Assembly: GCA_045125935.1 (NCBI GenBank) | Contig: JBGVNW010000068.1 | Coordinates: 133,746 to 197,745, forward strand | Source: Bacilli bacterium | Lineage (GTDB): Bacteria > Bacillota_I > Bacilli_A > RF39 > UBA660 | Reading direction: 5' to 3' | Length of the DNA stretch: 64,000 nt | In this document: positions 1-7,191 of the stretch, piece by piece | Layout of the letters: each line of letters starts with the position of its first letter | Numbering within the stretch: the first letter of the stretch is position 1 | The notes under the pieces: generated by a model | What the model was told of the DNA's origin: nothing | Database searches by the model: none | What the model saw: the letters and a program-made list of their open reading frames with translations, nothing else | Translations under genes and position numbers: made by a program

Positions 1-198
1 ATATACTCGTGAGCAGAGGGATTTGCAGGAAGACAGATGGGTAATGATGGCGAATGGATATAGTGAAGCGGGTATTGAAGAAGTTTATATGAATGAAGAA
101 TTGAATACAGAATTTTAAATTTGGACCTGATCGGGTATAATTTGATAGAATTTCTATTTAATTATACCTTATCGGGTATAAAATAATAAGAGATAAAA

Positions 199-1146
199 AT
201 GGCGAATAAGAACGACAATTTACACAAGGCGAAGAAAAACAAGAGTGATGAATTTTACACTTTGCTATCTGATATTGAGAAAGAGATTGAGTATTACAAG
301 GAATACTTTAGTGGTAAGGTAGTGTATTGTAATTGTGATGATTTTCGGGAGTCTAATTTTTTCTATTATTTTTGTAATAAGTTTGAAGAATTAGGATTAA
401 AGAAGTTGATAGCAACTGGATATATAGAAAATTCTACTGGTATTATATCTATATATGATGGTGAAAAAATTGATGTTGGGGAACTTGATGGTGATGGTGA
501 TTTTCGCAGTGAAGAATGTGTTGAAATTCTCAAGGAGTGTGATGTTGTAGTGACTAATCCGCCGTTTAGTTTATTTAGGGATTATGTAAGTTTGGTTATG
601 GAATATGGAAAGCAATTTCTGATTATAGGTAATATTAATGCTATTACATACAAGGAGATATTTCCATATATTAGGAAGAATGAGTTATGGTTAGGGTGTT
701 CATCGTTTAATAGTGGTATGTATTTTAGGGTTCCTGATGATTACGAGTATGCAGACACATATAAATTTGACAGGGAGCGAGATGGACAGAAAGTTATGAT
801 GGTATCTTCTATATGTTGGTATACTAATATTTCCCATAATCGCAGGGGTGTTCAACTTGTGCTAACGAGAGAATATAATGATAGTGATTATAACAGATAT
901 AGCAACTATGATGCGATAGAAGTTTCGAAGGTAGAGAATATACCTATGGATTATTACGGAGAGATGGGCGTTCCAATTACGTTTTTGAATAAGTATTGTC
1001 CAGATCAATTTGAGATTATAGGTCATGAGCATGATATAGATGGTTATGGAAAAGATATTGGTCAATTTGAAGTGAATGGGAAGAGAGTATATAAGCGGAT
1101 ATTGATTAGGAGATTAAAGAATGATGTGATTTTGCATAAAGATTAA
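199..1146 (+). CDS. N6-adenine DNA methyltransferase, EcoRI-methylase-like. No cognate restriction enzyme is visible, so it looks like an orphan.
   Basis: The N-terminal KSDEFYT motif and the following YCNCDD block match my recollection of M.EcoRI-type adenine methylases. The catalytic motif IV NPPF sits in VVVTNPPFSLF. There is no adjacent nuclease-sized partner gene. Confidence 0.7.
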   Translation: MANKNDNLHKAKKNKSDEFYTLLSDIEKEIEYYKEYFSGKVVYCNCDDFRESNFFYYFCNKFEELGLKKLIATGYIENSTGIISIYDGEKIDVGELDGDGDFRSEECVEILKECDVVVTNPPFSLFRDYVSLVMEYGKQFLIIGNINAITYKEIFPYIRKNELWLGCSSFNSGMYFRVPDDYEYADTYKFDRERDGQKVMMVSSICWYTNISHNRRGVQLVLTREYNDSDYNRYSNYDAIEVSKVENIPMDYYGEMGVPITFLNKYCPDQFEIIGHEHDIDGYGKDIGQFEVNGKRVYKRILIRRLKNDVILHKD

Positions 1147-1158
1147 TTATATAGAGAT

Positions 1159-1386
1159 ATGATAGATCCAAAGACGATTAATGCGATTCCTGTAAATAAA
1201 TATACAGATAAGCAGGTAGAAAATTGTAGATTAAAAGTTGAATTTATAAAGAATAGACTTATTGTAGATGATATGGATGATGAATATCAATTTATGATAA
1301 GTGGTATTCTGGATGATTATGTAAGTAAGTTGTATCAAATGGAGCATGCTTTTGAATGGATTCCACTGTGTGAAAAAATATATTAA
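1159..1386 (+). CDS. hypothetical small protein
   Basis: ORF of 75 aa, tightly spaced in the same-strand operon after the MTase; no recognisable motif. Confidence 0.4.
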   Translation: MIDPKTINAIPVNKYTDKQVENCRLKVEFIKNRLIVDDMDDEYQFMISGILDDYVSKLYQMEHAFEWIPLCEKIY

Positions 1387-1390
1387 ATTA

Positions 1391-1423
1391 TTTGGGTTTT
1401 TTCGGAAATTTCTATTATATTTG
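1391..1423 (+). promoter_or_regulatory. Bacteroidota-type promoter candidate (-33 TTTG / -7 TAnnTTTG)
   Basis: TTTG at 1391-1394 and TAtaTTTG at 1416-1423, spaced 21 nt apart, upstream of the gene starting at 1476. The same ttatatttgtaataa string recurs at 7151-7170. Confidence 0.4.
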
Positions 1424-1475
1424 TAATAATAAGAAATAAAGATGTTATAACATAATAAATTATAGAATATGAAAT

Positions 1476-2285
1476 ATGGAATATATTAAGAAGTTTGATA
1501 AATTTATTGATGAGGGTATTGACTTTGATAAAAAGACTATGACGGTTTGGTTTACACCGACAGAAGAAAGATATGTAGACACTTCACTGGAAAATAATCC
1601 CACAATAGATAGAGAAATAATGACGGATGTTGAAGTTTGGTCAATATTTAAGCGTGCAAAGGATGGTAAAAAAGATGACGGAAATCCACTAATTTATGCA
1701 TTGAAAGGTGAAAAAGGATGGGAGTTTCGTGATGATTCTGATCGTGATGCAATTGAAAAACAATTTGAATTGATTGCAGAGAAGTTTGCACAAATGCATC
1801 CTATCGGTGTTACAATTCTTATTCCAAGTGGAAATGCATTAAATAGACATATAGCAGAAGTTATAATGTCAAAATCAAAAGATTCACATTTGATAGAGGG
1901 TGCTATCTCAAAACTGACCGTTGAAGAAGTTGATGAGATAGTATTGAAAAAAGATTCCAAGTTTAGGTCGTATTATGGTGACGATTTTGATGAAGCATAT
2001 GAAAGACTTGAGACATACTTTGATGATATGGACAGCGAACGGGGTGGTATGTTTTCACGGCATTTCATAAAAGATCGTGAAATGAGAAATGTATTGACAG
2101 ATACATTCAAAGTGTCTGCTTCAAGGTATGCAAGAAAGTCAAAATATATAACAGATAAAGATATTCTTATTATTGATGATACGATTGGCAATGGACAGAC
2201 CATAAAAAGTGCTTGTCAAGTTATAATGGAGTCATACTCACCGAAGAGCATTACAGTCTTGACATTATTGTCAAAATTACATTAA
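1476..2285 (+). CDS. two-domain protein: N-terminal unknown domain plus C-terminal phosphoribosyltransferase (PRTase type I)-like domain
   Basis: The C-terminal ILIIDDTIGNGQTIKSACQVI matches the PRPP-binding signature of type I PRTases (hydrophobic run, then DD, then a T/S-G-x-T-type loop). The N-terminal 170 aa are unrecognised. Confidence 0.5.
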   Translation: MEYIKKFDKFIDEGIDFDKKTMTVWFTPTEERYVDTSLENNPTIDREIMTDVEVWSIFKRAKDGKKDDGNPLIYALKGEKGWEFRDDSDRDAIEKQFELIAEKFAQMHPIGVTILIPSGNALNRHIAEVIMSKSKDSHLIEGAISKLTVEEVDEIVLKKDSKFRSYYGDDFDEAYERLETYFDDMDSERGGMFSRHFIKDREMRNVLTDTFKVSASRYARKSKYITDKDILIIDDTIGNGQTIKSACQVIMESYSPKSITVLTLLSKLH

Positions 2286-2295
2286 TATAATTTAT

Positions 2296-2874
2296 ATGGG
2301 ATTAAAGAAAAATTTAAAGAAGGCGAGTAGTCTGACAGCAAAGAAGGGATTATGCACAGAATTGAGTGTAAAGGATATTCAGGCGTTGATAGCGGATTAT
2401 TTTGGTATCAGGAATAATATTATAGTTCCTAATGTAAGTTGGGGATTATTAGATTATGAGGCTGACTTGTTGATAATGAACAAGACTGGTTATATGACAG
2501 AGATTGAGATCAAGAGGAGTTGGGCTGATTTCTTGGTGGATTTCAAGAAGGATGATTGTGCTCACAAATCGGAGATTGTCTATCAGTTTTGGTATTGTGT
2601 TCCTGATGCTATATATAAGGATTGTATAGAGAAGTTGAAGGAAGTTTATCCTGATAGCATTGATAGACCTAATGTGATTTCTTATTCTGACAGCGGGTTG
2701 TTGAATTTTCATGGTAAGACTGCGAGTTATTGTAGGGGCAAGCACAGGAAGTTGTTTTTGGAGGAACAATTAAAATTGGCGAGGTTAGGTACTTTGAGGT
2801 ATTGGAGTTCGGAGTTTAAGAGATTGAGGACTGACAGCGAGGATAAAGATGTTGAATTAAATATAGAAGGGTAG
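2296..2874 (+). CDS. hypothetical protein, possible PD-(D/E)xK fold nuclease
   Basis: LLDYEADLLIM followed about 13 aa later by EIEIKRS fits a D...ExK core. This is a weak, motif-level call. Confidence 0.3.
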   Translation: MGLKKNLKKASSLTAKKGLCTELSVKDIQALIADYFGIRNNIIVPNVSWGLLDYEADLLIMNKTGYMTEIEIKRSWADFLVDFKKDDCAHKSEIVYQFWYCVPDAIYKDCIEKLKEVYPDSIDRPNVISYSDSGLLNFHGKTASYCRGKHRKLFLEEQLKLARLGTLRYWSSEFKRLRTDSEDKDVELNIEG

Positions 2875-2879
2875 AAGAT

Positions 2880-3443
2880 ATGAGTGGTGGACATTTTGAT
2901 TATAATCAGTATCAGATAGAGGATATTGCTGAACACTTAGAGAGGGATATTGATGATATTGAATATGCGAGGAATAAGATTGGGAAGGTAAAGAAGAAAG
3001 AACTATATGGGTATTTAATAAGTGATGAAGGTCGAAAGGAATATGCATTTTGGTTAATAAATATGCTTAATCGATATACCAATCGAGAGGATTTATTAAA
3101 GGCACTTCGAGAGCAAATTGAATTACATGAAAGGGACGGTAAGATATTTGTTAAAGAGGATGGTATAACTTATGAGGTTGTCATTTACGATGGTGAGACT
3201 GAAGAATGGGCAGATGACCAATGGCATTTTGAGATAGAGGATCCAGAGGTGCTTGAAGAGTTCAAGAAGGGGTTGAGGATATTGAAAATGGCGGCGATTT
3301 ATGCTCAAAGAATAGATTGGTTGATGTCGGGTGATGATGGTGAAGAATCTTTCAAGAGGAGGTTGAAAGAAGAACTTGATGAACTTGACAGCAAACCTCT
3401 GATAGATTATGAGAGGTGGGAAAGATGTAGAGAAGAAAAATAA
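2880..3443 (+). CDS. hypothetical acidic protein
   Basis: ORF of 187 aa, very rich in D/E; the start overlaps the previous stop region (operon). Confidence 0.45.
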   Translation: MSGGHFDYNQYQIEDIAEHLERDIDDIEYARNKIGKVKKKELYGYLISDEGRKEYAFWLINMLNRYTNREDLLKALREQIELHERDGKIFVKEDGITYEVVIYDGETEEWADDQWHFEIEDPEVLEEFKKGLRILKMAAIYAQRIDWLMSGDDGEESFKRRLKEELDELDSKPLIDYERWERCREEK

Positions 3444-3470
3444 ATAAAAATTGAAATAAATTGAATAAAT

Positions 3471-3692
3471 ATGTGGTGGATTTTTGGATTAATTAATGTA
3501 GTTATTGTATTTGTGTTTGCTTGGATTTGGTTTAGGGTTATCAAAGATGAGCATACGATAACGAAAAATGATAAAATTGCTTTAGGTGTCTTGTGTGTTT
3601 TGATGTTTTTATTGGGGATTGTGGGCACTGTATTGATTGGTAGTTTATTTATATACTTTATCATAGATTTTATTAGATTTGTTAGAAGATAG
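3471..3692 (+). CDS. small membrane protein (2 predicted TM helices)
   Basis: Hydrophobic stretches IFGLINVVIVFVFAWIWF and VLCVLMFLLGIVGTVLIGSLFIYFII. Confidence 0.4.
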   Translation: MWWIFGLINVVIVFVFAWIWFRVIKDEHTITKNDKIALGVLCVLMFLLGIVGTVLIGSLFIYFIIDFIRFVRR

Positions 3693-3942
3693 GATAATTA
3701 TGGATATGTTATTATATTTTGCTTTCGGAGCGTTGAACATAGGATTGTTATATATAATATCCAATTGGTATAAACGAGAGTCTGGTATTGATTTGCTTCC
3801 TGGTAGAGAGAATAAAAACAGAGGAGATACTATTACAAATATAATTTGTTATTTTATTTCAGGTCCTTTTGGTACAGTGGTACTTGTTTTACTTGGTTTG
3901 TTTTTGTTAAATCTATGGATAAAATATTATAGAAAAAAGTAA
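3679..3942 (+). CDS. small membrane protein
   Basis: Hydrophobic segments LLYFAFGALNIGLLYII and GPFGTVVLVLLGLFLLNLWI; overlaps the previous ORF's end. Confidence 0.4.
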   Translation: MLEDRIIMDMLLYFAFGALNIGLLYIISNWYKRESGIDLLPGRENKNRGDTITNIICYFISGPFGTVVLVLLGLFLLNLWIKYYRKK

Positions 3943-4075
3943 GAAAATATTTGGTTATGCCAAATATTTTTTTTATATTTGTAATGTGAAACTTAAAAAC
4001 AAAAAAATATGATATAAGATGTTACTAAATCTTATCAAAAAACTTATGCAATTTTTCATAATTTTTTAAAATAAA

Positions 4076-4088
4076 TTTACATAAATAC
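4076..4088 (+). promoter_or_regulatory. recurring upstream motif TTTACATAAATAC
   Basis: The same core (C/T)ATAAATA(C/T) lies upstream of at least 10 genes on their coding strand (see findings). Confidence 0.3.
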
Positions 4089-4093
4089 TATAG

Positions 4094-4702
4094 ATGAAAG
4101 CAAAAGAAGTATTAAATATTCTTAACATAGGACATAGAACATTAGGAACTTATGTTAAAAAAGGATTACTTAATCCTATAAAAATTAACACCAACCATTA
4201 TGAATATGATCCAGAAGAAGTGTTCGCAATTTTGGGTAAGAAAAAAGAACGATATAATATTACATACTCTCGTGTTTCATTACCTAAACAAAAAAATGAT
4301 TTGAAAAGACAAACAAAAAGATTGTATGATTTTGCTGCTTCAAATGGTTATCTAATAAAAGAGCAGATAGAAGATGTTAAAAGTGGTATGTCTTTTGAAG
4401 ATAGAAAGGGATTTATTAAATTACTTAAAAAAGTAACTAATTATGAAGTTAAAAATGTAATCATTGAGTATAAAGATAGACTTGTTAGATTTGGATTTGA
4501 ATTAGTAAAAATATTGTTTGAAAAATATGGAACTAATATTATTATAATTTCAGATGATGAAACTAATAAAACCTACGAGCAGGAACTAACAGACGATTTA
4601 TTGTCAATTATACATTATTATTCTATGAAATCATACTCTCATAGACGAAATTTAAACAATGCAGCAAGGGCACTAAAAACAGATGATAACACTGAAAATT
4701 AA
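4094..4702 (+). CDS. tnpA: IS607-family TnpA (serine recombinase with N-terminal MerR-like HTH)
   Basis: The N-terminus EVLNILNIGHRTLGTYVKKGLLNP is HTH-like. The catalytic serine context YSRVSLPKQKNDLKRQ matches the resolvase YxRVSxxxQ...DLxRQ motif. Size is about 200 aa. Confidence 0.8.
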   Translation: MKAKEVLNILNIGHRTLGTYVKKGLLNPIKINTNHYEYDPEEVFAILGKKKERYNITYSRVSLPKQKNDLKRQTKRLYDFAASNGYLIKEQIEDVKSGMSFEDRKGFIKLLKKVTNYEVKNVIIEYKDRLVRFGFELVKILFEKYGTNIIIISDDETNKTYEQELTDDLLSIIHYYSMKSYSHRRNLNNAARALKTDDNTEN

Positions 4703-6068
4703 ATATACTACCACAGAAGATGGTTTGAATTTAATTAAAGAGTATAGAAAACAATACTCTTCGGTGCTTCATTTTGCTTACAATAGGCGATATGAAGGTG
4801 TTAGTGAAAAGAATATAGAACATCAAATAAGTTCATTGAATAATATTCCACTTGTTAAGTCATATCTTAAACGCTGTGCTGTTAAAAATGCTACACAATT
4901 AATTAAAGATGGTAATAATAAACAACTGATATTTGGTGGCAAGAAGAATTTTATTGCTCGTTGCAAAGGTAAAATATCTAAAGATGAATTTTTAAATAAG
5001 AGATTAAGTAAATTATTCATTATTGGCGAAGCAAACCAACATGGTAATAGAATTGTGGTTATAAATGATGATTTAGAATCTTTTACTTTTAAACCAACGA
5101 TAAGAGATAAAATTGTTTTATCTATTGCTGGTAGATATAAAAGATATAAGTCAATATTAAATAAATTATATCACTTACAAAAAGATAAGCAAATATCTAT
5201 AACATACGAGTTAGACAATGAATATATTTATTTAACTTACGATGAAACATTATTAAACCAATTTGTTGATTATAAACCTATTAAAAACAGGATATTTGCT
5301 ATTGACTTAAATCCAAATTATATTGGATGGTCTGTGGTTGATTGGAAGAGTAGTAGTAAGTTCGAAGTTGTTAAAAGTGGAGTTATTAGTATAAAGGATA
5401 TAAATGATATTGATTTTGGTTTAAAAGGTAAATCAAGCGAATCAAAAGAAAGAAAATATATTAATAATAAACGAATATTCGAAACATACGAAATAAGTAA
5501 GTTACTTGTTAATACTGCTAAATATTATAGATGTGAAGTGTTTGGTTTAGAAGAACTTAATATAAAAAGTAAAGACACTACCAGAGGAAAACATTATAAT
5601 AAGTTAGTTAATAATGTTTGGAATAGAAATAAACTTGTTAATAACATTAAGAAAAAATGTAATATTTATTCTATTAGAGTAATGTTAGCAAAACCAAATT
5701 ATAGTTCGTTTGTTGGTAACTTTTTATTTAGAGATTTAAACCTACCAGATATGGTTTTAGCATCAATAGAAATAGGTAGAAGATGTTATGAGTTTAAAGC
5801 ACAATATATAGATAAAACAAAAGATAAAAGAAAAAATATAATTTTACCTGATGTTAATGATTTTCATGATAGATATGTTAAGTCGTTGGAAGAATTTAAT
5901 ATACCAGTAGAAATCAAAGACTTGGATAAAATATATTATTTCTTAAAAAACGCTAAAAGCAGATATAGGGTTTCTTTAGATGATTTAAGTCATTTGGAGT
6001 TTTCAAGATGTTTTTCAAACAAAAGTAAAGTTAAGAAAATTTTAATAACATTACATAAAAATATATAA
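4683..6068 (+). CDS. tnpB: TnpB-like (OrfB) RuvC-fold protein lacking the zinc-finger insert
   Basis: RuvC-I FAIDLNPN, RuvC-II EVFGLEELNIKSK and RuvC-III-like PDMVLASIEIG are present. The CxxC...CxxC zinc ribbon expected between RuvC-II and RuvC-III is absent (only a 12-aa linker). There is an extra C-terminal extension of about 110 aa. Confidence 0.65.
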   Translation: MITLKIKYTTTEDGLNLIKEYRKQYSSVLHFAYNRRYEGVSEKNIEHQISSLNNIPLVKSYLKRCAVKNATQLIKDGNNKQLIFGGKKNFIARCKGKISKDEFLNKRLSKLFIIGEANQHGNRIVVINDDLESFTFKPTIRDKIVLSIAGRYKRYKSILNKLYHLQKDKQISITYELDNEYIYLTYDETLLNQFVDYKPIKNRIFAIDLNPNYIGWSVVDWKSSSKFEVVKSGVISIKDINDIDFGLKGKSSESKERKYINNKRIFETYEISKLLVNTAKYYRCEVFGLEELNIKSKDTTRGKHYNKLVNNVWNRNKLVNNIKKKCNIYSIRVMLAKPNYSSFVGNFLFRDLNLPDMVLASIEIGRRCYEFKAQYIDKTKDKRKNIILPDVNDFHDRYVKSLEEFNIPVEIKDLDKIYYFLKNAKSRYRVSLDDLSHLEFSRCFSNKSKVKKILITLHKNI

Positions 6069-6072
6069 AAAC

Positions 6073-6708
6073 ATGAGTCTGAAGGTAGATAATTTTGATT
6101 TGATTAAAAAGCATATTCATTCATCTGACAGCAATGAGTTTTATATGCTTCAGGTTATGCGAAGAACGAAAGATCAAGTTGGATATGACGGAAAGCGTAA
6201 GCAGAGTGTTATTAAGTCTTATTTTATTTCTTCTCCAGAATATTTGGACAGCAAGCGAGATGAGATTGTAGGATTGTGTGAGATGTTTAATGCTCGTGCG
6301 TATATCAATTTGAATAAGAAGTCATATAAGCAGGTATCTTTGAAAGCACTTGAGATACTTGCTGGGAAGATTGCACATGAGGATTACAATATTAAGTCAT
6401 TATTTGAGTCTGCTGCTGGTCAGACGGGTGCTTGTGATGGTAATAAATCGTGGATTGTAGATATCGACACAAAGGATATGGATGTAGTAGAAAAATGGAA
6501 GTCAATTATTAACGATGCTGCCCCAGTGGGTGATAAGATTATTGATATTTTTCCTACACTACACGGGTATCATCTTATTTCAAAACCATTTAATAAACAA
6601 GTATTGTGTTTTGGTTCACAACTTGAACAAATAGATGTTCATAATAATAATCCAACAATCTTATATGTAAATTTAAAAGATAGCGAAAATGACAATGAAA
6701 GCGAATAA
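6073..6708 (+). CDS. hypothetical protein with weak archaeo-eukaryotic primase (AEP)-like motifs
   Basis: SWIVDIDTKDMD (hhhDhD-like), then about 33 aa later PTLHGYHLIS (sGxHL-like), then QIDVHNN. Its 3' end overlaps the smpB start by 20 nt. Confidence 0.35.
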   Translation: MSLKVDNFDLIKKHIHSSDSNEFYMLQVMRRTKDQVGYDGKRKQSVIKSYFISSPEYLDSKRDEIVGLCEMFNARAYINLNKKSYKQVSLKALEILAGKIAHEDYNIKSLFESAAGQTGACDGNKSWIVDIDTKDMDVVEKWKSIINDAAPVGDKIIDIFPTLHGYHLISKPFNKQVLCFGSQLEQIDVHNNNPTILYVNLKDSENDNESE

Positions 6709-7144
6709 TATAACTATCAAAAATAGAAAAGCAAGTTATGAGTATAATTTTTTAGATACTTATATTGCTGGTATTCAATTAGTTGGAGTAGAGATTAAAT
6801 CTATCAGGAATGGTAGGGTTAATCTATCGGAGTCATATTGTGTTTTTCAGCATGGGGAACTTTTTTTAATAAACACGCATATTTCACCATATGAGAATGC
6901 TGGATATGTGAAGGTTGATCCTTTGCGAGAACGAAAACTATTGTTAAATAAAAACGAATTGAGAAAGTTGAGCGATGGTGTGTCCAGAAAGGGATTAACT
7001 ATTGTTCCTACCAAGATGTTTATTAATGATAGGGGTTTATGTAAGGTTGAGATTTGTTTATGTCAAGGTAAGAAGAATTACGACAAGCGAGAATCTTTAA
7101 AAGAAAAAGATTTAAAAAGACGAATTAATAATTTGGATTATTAG
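6689..7144 (+). CDS. smpB: SmpB (SsrA/tmRNA-binding protein) homolog
   Basis: Full-length collinear match to the bacterial SmpB signature: NRKASYEY (NRKARHEY), GIQLVGVEIKSIRNGRVNLSESY, DPLRERKLLLNKNEL, GLTIVPTKMFINDRGLCKVEICLCQGKKNYDKR, and a basic C-terminal tail. Confidence 0.85.
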   Translation: MTMKANNITIKNRKASYEYNFLDTYIAGIQLVGVEIKSIRNGRVNLSESYCVFQHGELFLINTHISPYENAGYVKVDPLRERKLLLNKNELRKLSDGVSRKGLTIVPTKMFINDRGLCKVEICLCQGKKNYDKRESLKEKDLKRRINNLDY

Positions 7145-7163
7145 AATTTTTTTGTTATATTTG
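7132..7163 (+). promoter_or_regulatory. Bacteroidota-type promoter candidate
   Basis: TTTG at 7132-7135 and TAtaTTTG at 7156-7163 (20-nt spacer), upstream of the 7192 start. Confidence 0.45.
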
Positions 7164-7191
7164 TAATAACGATTAAAATAAGAAAAAAACT

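Larger units (their letters stand above)
3950..6072 (+). mobile_element. IS607-like insertion sequence (tnpA serine recombinase + tnpB); ends not defined
   Basis: Overlapping same-strand TnpA (MerR-like HTH + resolvase catalytic domain) and TnpB-like genes, the hallmark IS607 organisation. Element boundaries cannot be set from sequence alone. Confidence 0.5.

Noticed and set aside
1-117. Possible 3' end of an upstream gene at the window start
   Set aside because: Frame analysis shows stops at 10-12 and 61-63 in the only frame that reaches the TAA at 115-117, so there is no long ORF. It was left unannotated.
862-1065. Numerous 60-130 aa ORFs antisense to or nested within long genes (e.g. 862-1065, 1694-1960, 2449-2769, 16308-16601, 17830-19092 series, 21733-22075, 35572-35859, 41904-42313, 59720-62028 series)
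   Set aside because: They lie wholly inside much longer, motif-supported ORFs on the other strand. Their Ser/Thr/Ala- or Ile/Phe-rich composition is what reverse-complemented low-complexity or AT-rich coding sequence produces, and they have no start context or promoter.
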